Positions 18,952 to 29,769 of a DNA stretch of 64,000 nucleotides are shown here, piece after piece; position 1 is the stretch's first letter, and the number at the start of each line of letters is the position of its first letter. The translations under genes were made by a program, and so were the position numbers. Source of the DNA: Escherichia phage Cyrano; sequence record OV696614; one strand, written 5' to 3'. The notes beneath the pieces are model-generated. The model had not been told where the DNA came from and made no database searches. It saw only the letters and a list, made by a program, of their open reading frames with translations.

Positions 18952-20037
18952 ATGACTTTGCCATACGGCGTCATTTCTGACTGCCACTACCACAAATGGG
19001 ATGCGTTCTCCACGACGAACGCTGAGGGGCTTAACTCCAGACTTGAAATACAGTTGGAAGCAACGAAAGAAGCAGCCATCGCCATGAAGAAGGCCGGTTG
19101 TAAGTACATGTTGGTTGCCGGTGATACATTTCACGTCCGAGGAACTGTGTCCCCTTCTGTTTTGCATTACGTAACTGAAACGTACAAGTGGATTATCAAC
19201 GAGCTTGATCTGACAGTAGTAATGCTGGCCGGTAATCACGATCTTGAAACCAACGATTCAGTATATAGCGCCAACGCAGCAGCATCGCTGAGTTCTATCG
19301 GCGTGGTAATCGTATGTGGCAAGCGCCCACACTCAATAAAAATTGGTGATGTGACTGTCCACCTGATTAGCTGGCGTAACAATCATGCGGAGCTTATCAG
19401 CGATCTGAAAGCATTACGTAAGAGCGTAGAAGGTGATAATCATGACGTTGTTATCCATACATCCATTAACAAAGCCATTCCAACAATGCCTGACGTCGGT
19501 ATCGATGCGCAGGAGTTAAAGGATATCGGCTTTCGTCTCGTGCTTAGTGGGCATTACCACAACCACAAAGAGGTCATTCCTGGAGTTATCAGTGTCGGTG
19601 CACTGACTCATCAAAATTGGGGAGATGTTGGATCTCTGGCTGGCTACATGATCGTAAACCCGGACGGCAGTTTCAGTCACTACGAAACCAGTGCGCCTAA
19701 ATTCATTAACCTGGAAGATGATGTTGCTGATGACCAAATTCGCGGCAACTACGTGCGTTTCCGCGCCGTAATTGAGAACGATGAAGAAGGCATTAAGTAC
19801 CAGAACATCCTCAAAACAATGGGTGCAAAAGGTGTCGTGTGCAACTTCATCCGTAAGTCATCAATGATGGAAGGGACAGCCAGCACAACTGAAACCAGCA
19901 AAATCGATAGCCTGGGAGAGTCGGTATCTGCTTATTGCAAGATTGTCCACGATACTGACGGCGGATTTGATCTGAGCAAATTGGATATTTTGTGTCAGGA
20001 AATCCTCACCGAAGCGGAGAGTTCGGAGGCTGTGTGA
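18952..20037 (+). CDS. sbcD: SbcD/Mre11-family nuclease (T4 gp47-like)
   Basis: Calcineurin-like phosphoesterase motifs in order: SDCHY, AGDTFH, AGNHD, SGHYH. Confidence 0.8.
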   Translation: MTLPYGVISDCHYHKWDAFSTTNAEGLNSRLEIQLEATKEAAIAMKKAGCKYMLVAGDTFHVRGTVSPSVLHYVTETYKWIINELDLTVVMLAGNHDLETNDSVYSANAAASLSSIGVVIVCGKRPHSIKIGDVTVHLISWRNNHAELISDLKALRKSVEGDNHDVVIHTSINKAIPTMPDVGIDAQELKDIGFRLVLSGHYHNHKEVIPGVISVGALTHQNWGDVGSLAGYMIVNPDGSFSHYETSAPKFINLEDDVADDQIRGNYVRFRAVIENDEEGIKYQNILKTMGAKGVVCNFIRKSSMMEGTASTTETSKIDSLGESVSAYCKIVHDTDGGFDLSKLDILCQEILTEAESSEAV

Positions 20038-20075
20038 AGCAAAGTCGTTATGGGAGCTTTCGAGACTTTGCCATC

Positions 20076-20270
20076 ACGATGAAAAGACTTGAACGAGGCC
20101 AGACGGTGATGTTTCACAAGCCCTACCCGCCACAAGGAAATCCCGTAGCGTTTTATCTTGGAAGGTTAACAAGAAAAGGCGTATTGAGGCGCAGATCCTT
20201 CCCGGCGCATACGGAGTTCAGATTGAAAGAAGGTCAAAAGCTAACACACGGTATCAAAGGTGTTATATGA
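20076..20270 (+). CDS. small ORF between sbcD and sbcC (hypothetical)
   Basis: Open frame spanning the 229-nt gap between the two nuclease genes; start chosen at an internal ATG. Weak support. Confidence 0.25.
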   Translation, partial: TMKRLERGQTVMFHKPYPPQGNPVAFYLGRLTRKGVLRRRSFPAHTEFRLKEGQKLTHGIKGVI

Positions 20271-22183
20271 AGTTTTTAAAGCTCCAGGTTGAGAATTTTA
20301 TGGCTATCGCCAGCGCAGAGGTCGAGTTAGATCAGCGTGGTTTAGTGCTTATTCAGGGTGTTAATAGTGATGATAGTTCCGCATCAAGTAATGGCTCTGG
20401 AAAGTCAACTCTAATGAATAGCCTGATGTGGTGTCTTTATGGCGAAACAGCTCATGGTGTGAAGGGTGAAGATGTGTTGTCTACCGACCATGAAAAGAAC
20501 TGTCGTGTTGCAGTAACCATCGAGGATGAAGGCAAGAGATACGCAATCATTCGTCACCGTAAACACAAAGAGTTCAAAAATCGTCTTATCGTTCGTGGTG
20601 AAGATGGCGATATGACGAAAGGCAAAGATGCGCTGACGCAGGAGTTCGTCGAGCGTCTGATCGGTGCATCTAAAGAGGTTTTCATGGCTTCCATCTATGC
20701 GAGCCAAGAAGCTATGCCAGATTTACCTGGAATGTCCGACAAAAACCTCAAAACCATCGTAGAAGAAGCCGCTGGCGTTGACAGACTGACACGCGCCTAC
20801 GCTATTGCTCGTGAGCGAGCTAATGCAGCTGCCGCACGTATGGATGTGGTTAAAACCAAATTGGAGTCGACAATCTCGACCATTGAGGCAACACAGTCAG
20901 AAATTGAGTCAGCGAAAGCCTCCTCTGAATCATGGGAGCAAGAGCGTTCTAAACGTTATGACGATGCCCTGGCTGGGCTGGCCAGTGCCGAAGTTGAGTT
21001 AACGGAAGTTGAACTTGAGATCCGCACTCTTCCCGAACAGATACGTGATACCGAGAAGGCAATCGAAAGTGAGCGCAAAAAGTTAGCCTCAAAAGAAGAA
21101 CATGACGCCAAGTTGCTCAAAGTTCGTGGTGCGATAACTGATATTCGGGCAAGCATCAAAGCTACAGAAAATAGTCAGGCTGATGCAATGAACCGCGCGC
21201 GTAATTTTAAGACCAAAGCAGAAGAGGTTGGTACTAAAGTGGGATCACCATGCCCTACTTGTGGCAAAGCCTACTGCGAAGAAGATCTATCAACGGTGAA
21301 GGAGAGTTTCATTGAACAAGCACGTCAGGAAATTGGTCAGGCGAAGACACTTGCAGAGGCAATGGCTAAACACAAAACGAATCTTGAGAAAGCGTTAAGC
21401 ATTGAGTCTGCCCTTGTTAAAACGACACCTGATGTAACGGCTATCATTGCCCGGATTGAAGAGCTTACGAAACAACTCTCATCTTTGCGTCATCGTGAGA
21501 AGGAGGTTGTTGCTATTGAGTCTCTTGTGACTCGTGCTCGTACTGAGGTCGATCGTATATCAAAAGAGATTAATCCGTTTATTGCTCTTATCGCCAGACA
21601 CGAAGATAACTTGGTATCCAGTAAGTCTACCTTCAAGTCCTTAAAAGATGAGTTGAAGGCTATTCAGGAACAAACGTTGCTATTGGAAAAAGCTCGTCAG
21701 GTCTACTCTCCTGCCGGGGTGCGTTCTCATATTTTGACGTCTGTTACGCCTTTCCTGAATACACGCACTGCCGAGTATCTCAATACGTTGTCTGACGGGA
21801 ATATTACTGCTGAGTGGTCGACGATGGATGTCACTAAAAAAGGTGAGTATCGCGACAAATTCAACATTAGTGTGCAGAAGAAAGGTTCAAGTAAGTCGTT
21901 CCAGACCCTCTCTGGTGGTGAGAAGCGGAAGGTTCGCATTGCGTGTTCTTTGGCATTGCAGGATCTGGTTAGTAACCGGGCGAGTAAAAACATCGATTTG
22001 TTTATCGGCGACGAAATTGACGATGCACTCGATACAGCCGGTCTTGAACGCCTCATGGGTATTCTGGAGTCCAAAGCTCGCGAGCGAGGTACTGTGCTGA
22101 TTATCTCCCATAAAGAGATGAAGTCATGGTTCCGGGAAACTATTACGCTGGAAGTTAAAGAGGGGCGCAGCTATGTCGTTTAA
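20267..22183 (+). CDS. sbcC: SbcC/Rad50-family ATPase (T4 gp46-like)
   Basis: Walker A SNGSGKST, central coiled-coil with zinc-hook-like CPTCGK, ABC signature LSGGEKRK, Walker B LFIGDEID. Confidence 0.8.
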   Translation: MKFLKLQVENFMAIASAEVELDQRGLVLIQGVNSDDSSASSNGSGKSTLMNSLMWCLYGETAHGVKGEDVLSTDHEKNCRVAVTIEDEGKRYAIIRHRKHKEFKNRLIVRGEDGDMTKGKDALTQEFVERLIGASKEVFMASIYASQEAMPDLPGMSDKNLKTIVEEAAGVDRLTRAYAIARERANAAAARMDVVKTKLESTISTIEATQSEIESAKASSESWEQERSKRYDDALAGLASAEVELTEVELEIRTLPEQIRDTEKAIESERKKLASKEEHDAKLLKVRGAITDIRASIKATENSQADAMNRARNFKTKAEEVGTKVGSPCPTCGKAYCEEDLSTVKESFIEQARQEIGQAKTLAEAMAKHKTNLEKALSIESALVKTTPDVTAIIARIEELTKQLSSLRHREKEVVAIESLVTRARTEVDRISKEINPFIALIARHEDNLVSSKSTFKSLKDELKAIQEQTLLLEKARQVYSPAGVRSHILTSVTPFLNTRTAEYLNTLSDGNITAEWSTMDVTKKGEYRDKFNISVQKKGSSKSFQTLSGGEKRKVRIACSLALQDLVSNRASKNIDLFIGDEIDDALDTAGLERLMGILESKARERGTVLIISHKEMKSWFRETITLEVKEGRSYVV

Positions 22184-22916
22184 ATTAAGCCGCTCGCAGT
22201 TTTTGCAGGTATTTGCAGTGATGCAGTCGATAAAACTGATCAATGGGCATACTTCCAATGGTGCGGCTCCACGTATTCTGTGGGGCAGCAACAATATTGA
22301 CGGAGTACAATTCGCCGCGTTGCTTGGTCTAATATCCGAGACGCCATTGATGCAAAGTTTGAAATCACTACCACCTGGATGTATTGCGCCGATCCTGATT
22401 AATCCTTTTGTTGAGGGGGGATATCTTCCCAACGTCGGGCCTGGGTTTATTGCATCCCATGAAACTGAAGATCTTAACATTAATAGCGAAGGGTTCTTTG
22501 GGGGAATGGGTGCGCATCACTGTATGGCTTTCACGAACCTTATTCGACTTGCCAATAAGCGGGTGGATAGTTTGGCATCGCCAGGTGATGCTTTTACTGG
22601 TTTCCTTATCCAAAGGAGGGATAAAAAGTACAGTGCGGACAAACTACAGTTTGTTGGTAAGTATGGAGAAATGGTAGAAATCGAACTTCAGCTCCCTCAT
22701 GTTTTAGCAAACGATAGTGCAGACAGTCGGAGGCTATTGGGCATCATGCGTCATTTCATAGCAAGTGGTGTTAAACATGCCGCAGATAAACGTGTCACGC
22801 AGGAAAATGAGTATTCAGACTTTGCAAACTATCCCCAACCAACGTTGCAAACGGCAATAGTAGCCAATTCGTTGGAGGCGAGATTATTGGAAAACCCTAT
22901 ATGGGGAACATGGTAA
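22173..22916 (+). CDS. hypothetical protein
   Basis: 247-codon ORF overlapping the sbcC stop; no recognisable motif. Confidence 0.5.
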   Translation: MSFKLSRSQFLQVFAVMQSIKLINGHTSNGAAPRILWGSNNIDGVQFAALLGLISETPLMQSLKSLPPGCIAPILINPFVEGGYLPNVGPGFIASHETEDLNINSEGFFGGMGAHHCMAFTNLIRLANKRVDSLASPGDAFTGFLIQRRDKKYSADKLQFVGKYGEMVEIELQLPHVLANDSADSRRLLGIMRHFIASGVKHAADKRVTQENEYSDFANYPQPTLQTAIVANSLEARLLENPIWGTW

Positions 22917-22925
22917 GGAGACTAT

Positions 22926-23495
22926 ATGAGTAAAAAAATCAGCGTAGTTGGTGTTGATCCCTCAATGAGCAACTTTGGGCTTGCTGTGGGCACTTTAGAC
23001 CTTGAGACGGACGAACTTGAGATTCACGGCCTTACTCTTGTTGAGACTAAAGCGGGGAGTAACAAAAAGACCGTTCGTGTGAACAGTGACGATCTGCGCC
23101 GCGCCAGTGAAATATGGCGTGTTGCGAAGCCAATCATTGATAAGGCAAATATGGTTTTTTGTGAGCTACCGGTTGGGAGCCAAAACTCTCGTTCGCAGAC
23201 GTCTTACGGTATTTGTATCGGTGTACTTGCGTGTGTGGATAAGCCATTGATCCAGGTTACTCCAAACGAAATCAAGCATTTTGTCGGCAATAAACTTACT
23301 ACATCGAAAGAAGAGATTATCCAGTGGGCTACGAAAAAACACCCTAAAGCACCGTGGCTGCGTCGTAAGCAATCTGGACAGGATGTTCTCGTGAACAAAA
23401 ACGAACATTTGGCTGATGCGGTGGCTGCCATCCATACCGGTATGCAAACAGATCAGTTCCGCCAGGTGCGCGATGTTCTTAAGTCTCTCATTTGA
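22926..23495 (+). CDS. RuvC-like Holliday junction resolvase (putative)
   Basis: N-terminal VVGVDPS...FGLAVG resembles the RuvC first catalytic Asp region; later FCELPVG and ADAVAAIH could supply the remaining acidic/His residues. Confidence 0.5.
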   Translation: MSKKISVVGVDPSMSNFGLAVGTLDLETDELEIHGLTLVETKAGSNKKTVRVNSDDLRRASEIWRVAKPIIDKANMVFCELPVGSQNSRSQTSYGICIGVLACVDKPLIQVTPNEIKHFVGNKLTTSKEEIIQWATKKHPKAPWLRRKQSGQDVLVNKNEHLADAVAAIHTGMQTDQFRQVRDVLKSLI

Positions 23496-23568
23496 TTTCA
23501 TTGATAGGTAAGTGCTTATCTATTAACATGGGCCACTATATTTAGTGGCCCTCTTTATTTGGTGATAC

Positions 23569-25884
23569 ATGATAAGCATCGTAAAACGTAACGGCCAAAC
23601 AGAGCCGTTATCCGAAGAAAAATACAACCGCGTCGTAATGTATGGCGTAGAAGGCATTCGTGGTGTAAGCGCATCCGCTGTAGCAATGGGAGCTGCGGCC
23701 AGCATTTTTGATGGGATTACCACCAGCCAGTTGCATGAGGCTTTGGTTAAATCTGCCGCTGATTTGATCTCACCAGAAGCACCAAATTACTCACAGGTGG
23801 CTGCCCGCCTGAACATTTTTAAAATCCGCAAAGATGCCTTCGGTCGTTACGACTATCCGAACTTCTACCAACACATTGTCAAGAACGTTAACAAGGGCGT
23901 TTATGACAAGGATTTGCTGACACATTATTCGTTTGAAGAGATCGAAGAACTCGGCAATTACATTAAGCCGAAACGTGACGATCTTTTTGGCTATGCAGCT
24001 ACGGTGCAGTTGCAAAGCAAATACCTCGTTCAAAACCGTGTTACTGGTGAGATTCATGAGGGGCCGCAACATATCTATATGCTGGTAGGCATGTGTCTGT
24101 TCCAGAATTGGGAAGACGACTGCGCTGGCAAAACACGTATGGAGATGGTCAAAGGTTTCTATGACGTTACAAGTACGTTCAAACTGTCTCTGCCCACACC
24201 AATCATGGCCGGCGTCCGTACTCCAACCCGTCAGTTCTCCAGTTGTGTGCTGATTGAGTCTGGCGATAGTCTGAAAGGGATTAGTGCAGCTTCAGCCGCA
24301 ATTATCGACTACGTTTCACGTCGTGCTGGAATTGGTATTGGTTTTGGCCGTATCCGTGCGCTGGGCAGCGAGATCCGCAATGGTGAAGCCACCCATACTG
24401 GAGTTATTCCATTCCTGAAGCATTTCCAGACGGCTGTTAAATCTTGTTCGCAAGGTGGTGTTCGTGGTGGCGCAGCAACAGCGTTTTACCCGATCTGGCA
24501 TCTTGAAGTTGAAAGTCTGCTGGTGGTGAAAAATAACCGTGGTATTGATGAAAACCGCGTTCGCCATCTTGATTACGGCGTCATGAGTAACCGTCTAATG
24601 TACCGTCGACTCGTCAGAAGCGAGAACATCACTCTGTTCAGCCCGCATGATGTGCCTGATATGTACGAAGCCTTCTTCACAGACCAGGAGCTGTTTGAAA
24701 AGCTGTACCATAAATACGAAGCCGATGATTCAATTCGCAAGAAGTCAGTACCTGCCATTGAGCTGTTCTCATCTCTGATGCAGGAACGAGCGTCCACGGG
24801 CCGAATTTATATTGCGAACGTCGATCATATTAACGAGCATGGCGCTTTCATTCCCGCTCTTGCACCTGTTCGCCAGTCAAACCTGTGCATGGAGATCACT
24901 CTACCCACTCGTCCACTGGCATTTACCGACGACCCGAACGGTGAGATCGCGCTATGCACTTTATCCGCTTTTAACCTCGGAGCCATCCGTTCACTGGAGT
25001 CTCTTAAAGAGGTGGCGTTCTATGCCGTTGCTGCACTGGATTCGTTACTGGATTATCAAGACTATCCGATGGAGGCAGCCGAAGTGCCTGCCAAAGCTCG
25101 TCGTAGCTTGGGAATTGGTGTAACCAACTTTGCTTATTACCTGGCAAAGAATGGCGTTCGTTATTCTGATACCGCTGGCAATAAACTGGTGCATGAAACG
25201 TTCGAAGCTATCCAGTATTACCTTCTTGATGCCAGCTGCCGACTTGCTGAAGCAAAAGGTGAGTGTGACTGGTTTGAGCAGACCAAGTACGCAATTGGTC
25301 AGTTGCCGATCGACCATTACCGTTCTTCATTAGACGAAAGTGGCGAAACCAACTTTGAGTTAAAGATGCCGTGGGAAGAACTGCGTGAACGTATTGCAAA
25401 ATACGGCCTTCGCAACTCCACACTGACGGCACAAATGCCATGCGAGACTTCCAGCCAGATCACTAATTCCACCAACGGCATCGAACCGCCTCGTGGACCG
25501 GTGTCGGTGAAATCTTCTAAGGACGGCATCGTTAAGATGGTCGTGCCTGAGTTTGAAAAACTGAAGGAACAGTATGAATACCTGTGGGATATGCCGGACA
25601 ACCGCGGCTATCTGACAAAGGTGGCGATCATCCAGAAGTTCTTTGACCAGGCTATTTCAGCCAATACCAACTATGACCCTTCTCGCTTTGAAGGCGATAA
25701 AGTCCCAATGATGACGCTACTGTCAGATTTGCTTCTCGCCTACAAGATGGGAGTTAAAACGCTTTACTACCACAACACCAGAGATGGGGCAGGAAAGCGT
25801 GATGACGACGAACCGCAGAATCCACTGACGCAAGCTGTAGCCGTCGAGCCAGAAGATGAGTGCGACGGAGCCTGCAAAATCTGA
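23569..25884 (+). CDS. nrdA: ribonucleoside-diphosphate reductase alpha subunit (class Ia)
   Basis: 771 aa with long conserved blocks recalled from E. coli NrdA (LVQNRVTGEI, PTPIMAGVRTPTRQFSSCVLIE, SQGGVRGGAATAFYP, NLCMEI, C-terminal ...CDGACKI). Confidence 0.9.
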   Translation: MISIVKRNGQTEPLSEEKYNRVVMYGVEGIRGVSASAVAMGAAASIFDGITTSQLHEALVKSAADLISPEAPNYSQVAARLNIFKIRKDAFGRYDYPNFYQHIVKNVNKGVYDKDLLTHYSFEEIEELGNYIKPKRDDLFGYAATVQLQSKYLVQNRVTGEIHEGPQHIYMLVGMCLFQNWEDDCAGKTRMEMVKGFYDVTSTFKLSLPTPIMAGVRTPTRQFSSCVLIESGDSLKGISAASAAIIDYVSRRAGIGIGFGRIRALGSEIRNGEATHTGVIPFLKHFQTAVKSCSQGGVRGGAATAFYPIWHLEVESLLVVKNNRGIDENRVRHLDYGVMSNRLMYRRLVRSENITLFSPHDVPDMYEAFFTDQELFEKLYHKYEADDSIRKKSVPAIELFSSLMQERASTGRIYIANVDHINEHGAFIPALAPVRQSNLCMEITLPTRPLAFTDDPNGEIALCTLSAFNLGAIRSLESLKEVAFYAVAALDSLLDYQDYPMEAAEVPAKARRSLGIGVTNFAYYLAKNGVRYSDTAGNKLVHETFEAIQYYLLDASCRLAEAKGECDWFEQTKYAIGQLPIDHYRSSLDESGETNFELKMPWEELRERIAKYGLRNSTLTAQMPCETSSQITNSTNGIEPPRGPVSVKSSKDGIVKMVVPEFEKLKEQYEYLWDMPDNRGYLTKVAIIQKFFDQAISANTNYDPSRFEGDKVPMMTLLSDLLLAYKMGVKTLYYHNTRDGAGKRDDDEPQNPLTQAVAVEPEDECDGACKI

Positions 25885-25990
25885 CATATGGTGGGGGATA
25901 TCCCCACCTTCTCTTTGATTTGTAAGCCTTGTTTAAACACATAAGATAACAACTTGTTTAAACCCACCAAAAAAGAAAAAGGAAAAACAC

Positions 25991-27133
25991 ATGTCATATT
26001 CAACGTTCCGTTTGGGTGCTAATGATGCAACCAAAGAGCCTATGTTCCTCGGACAATCTGTCAACGTGGCACGTTACGATCAGCAAAAATACCGTGATTT
26101 TGAAAAGTTGATTGAACGTCAATTGTCTTTCTTCTGGCGGCCGGAAGAAGTTGATATTTCGAGCGATCGTATCGACTTCAACACGAAGCTGCGGGACCAC
26201 GAACGTCACATTTTTCTGAGCAATCTCCGTTATCAAACGTTACTCGATTCAGTTCAGGGACGTAGCCCAAATGCAACGCTGCTGCCGCTTATCTCTATTC
26301 CTGAACTGGAAACGTGGGTTGAAACATGGTCTTTCTCTGAGACTATCCATAGCCGCAGCTACACCCACATTATTCGTGGCATGGTGGACGATCCGAGCAT
26401 TGTTTTTGACGGTATTGTTACGGATGAAGAAATCATCAACCGAGCGATCAGTATCTCTGCTGAATATGACAGGCTTTATGGGATGACCTGCGAGCGCCAG
26501 TCGTTAGGTGAGAAAGAGTTTGAACGTCTGTACGTAAATGAATATGGCTGGGAGCCATACCCTTTGCATCGTCAGCTTTTCCGCACGTTGGTGTCCATTA
26601 ATGCGCTTGAGGCGATCCGTTTCTATGTAAGTTTTGCATGTACGTTTGCCTTTGGCGAACGGAAGTTGCTTGAGGGTAACACCAAAATTATGCGCTTTAT
26701 TGCCCGTGATGAAGCTCTGCATTGCGAAGGAACTGAACGCATGATCCGCTTCATGCGTACCGGTCGCGAAGGTTTATTGTGGAAAGAGATTGCTGCTGAT
26801 GAAGAAAACGTCATTTACGACACCATGAAATCAGTCGCCGAACAAGAAATGAACTGGGCAGACTATCTCTTCAAAGACGGTTCGATGATTGGTTTAAACG
26901 CGGATATTCTGAAGACCTATGTAAAATACCGAACCAATCTGGCTATGAATCGTCTTGGCCTGAAGGCTTTATTTCCAGAGGTTACCACCGATCCGCTGGT
27001 CTGGATGAACAAGTGGTTGTTAACCGACACACTGCAAATTGCACCACAAGAGGCAGAGCAAAGCACATATCTGGTAGGTCAGATCGATTCTACCGTGGAT
27101 AAGGCTTCTCTAAGCCAGTTTGCTGACCTGTAA
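25991..27133 (+). CDS. nrdB: ribonucleoside-diphosphate reductase beta subunit
   Basis: 380 aa; [46 protein letters not shown] and [13 protein letters not shown] closely follow the E. coli NrdB pattern. Confidence 0.9.
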   Translation: MSYSTFRLGANDATKEPMFLGQSVNVARYDQQKYRDFEKLIERQLSFFWRPEEVDISSDRIDFNTKLRDHERHIFLSNLRYQTLLDSVQGRSPNATLLPLISIPELETWVETWSFSETIHSRSYTHIIRGMVDDPSIVFDGIVTDEEIINRAISISAEYDRLYGMTCERQSLGEKEFERLYVNEYGWEPYPLHRQLFRTLVSINALEAIRFYVSFACTFAFGERKLLEGNTKIMRFIARDEALHCEGTERMIRFMRTGREGLLWKEIAADEENVIYDTMKSVAEQEMNWADYLFKDGSMIGLNADILKTYVKYRTNLAMNRLGLKALFPEVTTDPLVWMNKWLLTDTLQIAPQEAEQSTYLVGQIDSTVDKASLSQFADL

Positions 27134-27210
27134 ACCGATACAAAGCATTATGTGGCCTGGCAACGCTGGGCCACAATGGATCACAAGAATTAAGAAGGAA
27201 CAAAACTAGC

Positions 27211-28080
27211 ATGAACTTTACCAAACTGACTGACCACCTGAAACTTGCCACCGATCGACTCATTGGATTTAAGCCAGAACCATATGAGTTGCATGAAGGT
27301 CATGGTGTAGCTACTGAAAGTATTTACAAGATGGTCGATCAGTTTCATGAACTCTTCCAGCATCCGAGACGCGTTATGCCGACACCAGAGCTGCTTCGTC
27401 TCCGTGCAAGCCTGATTCATGAAGAAGCTGTAGTGGAAGGTATTCCAGCTGCAATGAATGGGGATATTGAGCAACTGCTGGATGCAATGGCCGACTTTTT
27501 ATACGTTGGTGTTGGTACGATGGTCGCCATCAAAGGTGGTATTTCTACCGGCATGACCTATTACACGCAGGAACAGAGCATTGATCGCTTTATGCAGACA
27601 ATTTTTGTGCCTGGTAACACTGTTTTCGATGATATGGCAATGCCATTTCAGGAAGCTCGTGAGGCGTCATGTATGCTCGAAGAGCTGGCAGATAAACTTG
27701 AGAACAAGACTGTTAAGGATTCTGAGCTGATTCAGGAACTGCGCCGTGTCATGAACAAAATCTATGTGGCGTGCATGATGACCTATCGACTGGCTGATTT
27801 CCTCGGTATCAATGTAGTCGAGCTGGTTGGCGAAATTCATCGGTCTAACATGACAAAATTATGGCCTGCTGATGTTGAGGAACGTCGCCAGGCTGTGGCC
27901 AACTGCAAATACGACTCTTCAGATCTGGGATTCCGCCATGCTGATGGCACCGATAAGATGATCGGTTTTCGAATTTCCGATGGAAAGATTCTGAAGTCTC
28001 CAACCTATAGTGATGTCGATTTATCCTCCTTTGTTGAGCAAGCTAAAGCCTCAGCAATGTACGGAATGATCAAAAAATAA
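27211..28080 (+). CDS. putative all-alpha NTP pyrophosphohydrolase (MazG/HisE-like)
   Basis: EExxE-type segment LIHEEAVVEGIP followed by DIEQLLDAMADFLYV, resembling MazG metal-binding motifs; sits between nrdB and thyA. Confidence 0.35.
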   Translation: MNFTKLTDHLKLATDRLIGFKPEPYELHEGHGVATESIYKMVDQFHELFQHPRRVMPTPELLRLRASLIHEEAVVEGIPAAMNGDIEQLLDAMADFLYVGVGTMVAIKGGISTGMTYYTQEQSIDRFMQTIFVPGNTVFDDMAMPFQEAREASCMLEELADKLENKTVKDSELIQELRRVMNKIYVACMMTYRLADFLGINVVELVGEIHRSNMTKLWPADVEERRQAVANCKYDSSDLGFRHADGTDKMIGFRISDGKILKSPTYSDVDLSSFVEQAKASAMYGMIKK

Positions 28081-28148
28081 TTGTAGGTAGTTATCTATCT
28101 GTGTATATTTAACATGCGTAATAAAACTCTGGAATGACTATTCGTTTT

Positions 28149-28177
28149 GGTGGCCTATGGCCACCATTTTTTTATCT
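28149..28177 (+). terminator. rho-independent terminator
   Basis: Hairpin GGTGGCC-TAT-GGCCACC followed by TTTTTTT. Confidence 0.55.
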
Positions 28178-28250
28178 GTCTGGTCTTGTTCTCTCAATGA
28201 ATGTAAACTCACACGATGAATAAGTAATTACTTATCTTTGTGAGGTTTTT

Positions 28251-29354
28251 GTGTCACTCCTTTTGAATCGAGAGCATACGAACGGTCAGGTAACAAACGC
28301 ATCGTATGCAAAAGTTATTGAGACGGTGCTTAAAAGCGGCGTGCAGGCTGATGATCGCACAGGCACTGGCACTTTAAGCACCTGCTACGTTCCCTCTTAC
28401 TACATGCTTACTGGTGGGACTGTGCCGCTTATTTCTGGAAAGGCGGTAAATCTTAAGCCACTACTTGTCGAACTTGAGTGGTATCTGAAAGGCACGGGCA
28501 ACATCCAATTTCTCAAGGATAACGGCGTTAAGATTTGGGATGCATGGGCCGATGAGAATGGCGATTTGGGGCCGGTTTACGGTAAGCAGTGGCGTCGATG
28601 GGAAGATACCCGCATCGTGAGCCATAGTGAATATCTGAGCAAGATCGCTACTTTCCGTGAACGCGGGTACAAAGTCGAGGGATACCTGGGTATCAGTGAA
28701 GATCGCGTAGTGCTGTCCCGTGAAATCGATCAGCTACAGCGTATTGTCGATACACTGCGCACGAACCCTACCGATCGTCGCATCATGCTTAACGCATGGA
28801 ACGTAGGCGAGCTTGAGGATATGAAACTGCCACCTTGCCACTTTGTCTTCTCTTTGTGGAGTCGTGAGCTGGATTTTGAAACCCGTTTAACGATGGCAAC
28901 TGACATTGGTCTTCAACACAGTCGCCTCGGTTACGAGTCTATCTACACCAAGATGCTATACGATCTGGAGATGGACGGCAGTGTTACTGAAGCTGAACTG
29001 GATGAACTTGGAATCCCCAAACGCATCCTCAACTCCTGCCTCGTACAGCGTAGCGTAGACACTTTTGTTGGTATGCCATTCAATATTGCTGGCTATGGCA
29101 TTCTCACTCATTTTCTCGCGAAGATTACGGGTCACATGGCCGGTGCATTTGTGCATTTTGGCTTTGACGTGCATTTGTACAACAACCACATGGAAGGTGT
29201 GTGTGAGCTAATGAAACGACAGGCTCCAGAGCATTCAGATCCGGTCGTTATTTTCCCTCATGAATGGTCAGAGTTGGATGATTTCAAATGGGACGAGGTT
29301 TTAATTCTTGGCTATGACCCTCTACCGTGGATCAAGGTTCCAGTGGCGGTGTGA
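28251..29354 (+). CDS. thyA: thymidylate synthase with two internal insertions
   Basis: DRTGTGTLS, IWDAWADENGDLGPVYGKQWRRW, DRRIMLNAWNVGELEDMKLPPCHF and MPFNIAGY match ThyA active-site blocks; 367 aa versus about 264 in E. coli, so insertions are present. GTG start. Confidence 0.85.
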   Translation: MSLLLNREHTNGQVTNASYAKVIETVLKSGVQADDRTGTGTLSTCYVPSYYMLTGGTVPLISGKAVNLKPLLVELEWYLKGTGNIQFLKDNGVKIWDAWADENGDLGPVYGKQWRRWEDTRIVSHSEYLSKIATFRERGYKVEGYLGISEDRVVLSREIDQLQRIVDTLRTNPTDRRIMLNAWNVGELEDMKLPPCHFVFSLWSRELDFETRLTMATDIGLQHSRLGYESIYTKMLYDLEMDGSVTEAELDELGIPKRILNSCLVQRSVDTFVGMPFNIAGYGILTHFLAKITGHMAGAFVHFGFDVHLYNNHMEGVCELMKRQAPEHSDPVVIFPHEWSELDDFKWDEVLILGYDPLPWIKVPVAV

Positions 29355-29355
29355 T

Positions 29356-29769
29356 ATGGCAAGAGGTATGTATGTCTTATGCGAAATTGAAGGTGTGCTG
29401 GCAAATGCCAGCCATCGTAAATCAGTATCTGACGCGGATGCAGGCCAGCTCATTGCCGGTGATGAACTCATTTTCCCCACCAGCCGTATGTTGCGTGGTT
29501 TTGCTCGCTCAGGGGCTGAAGTGGTGCTTATCAGTAGCCGCTCTGAAACTCTTGAAGCGCCCACTAAACGATGGCTGAAAGATTTTGGCGTTGATTACGA
29601 CTGGCTTCATCTCGTACCGAATAGCACCAGTTATGAGAAGCATATTAAGCGCACATTAGCGGAGCATAAAGGCGATCTGCTTATCGCTGCGCTGGTGCAC
29701 GATCCTCGACTCCGTGCCGCTTTAGCTGACTCTCATCATAGACCGGTCATCTATGAGGTGAGCAAATGA
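29356..29769 (+). CDS. hypothetical protein
   Basis: Start set at the ATG just after the thyA stop (listed ORF start overlaps thyA); no confident motif. Confidence 0.4.
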   Translation: MARGMYVLCEIEGVLANASHRKSVSDADAGQLIAGDELIFPTSRMLRGFARSGAEVVLISSRSETLEAPTKRWLKDFGVDYDWLHLVPNSTSYEKHIKRTLAEHKGDLLIAALVHDPRLRAALADSHHRPVIYEVSK

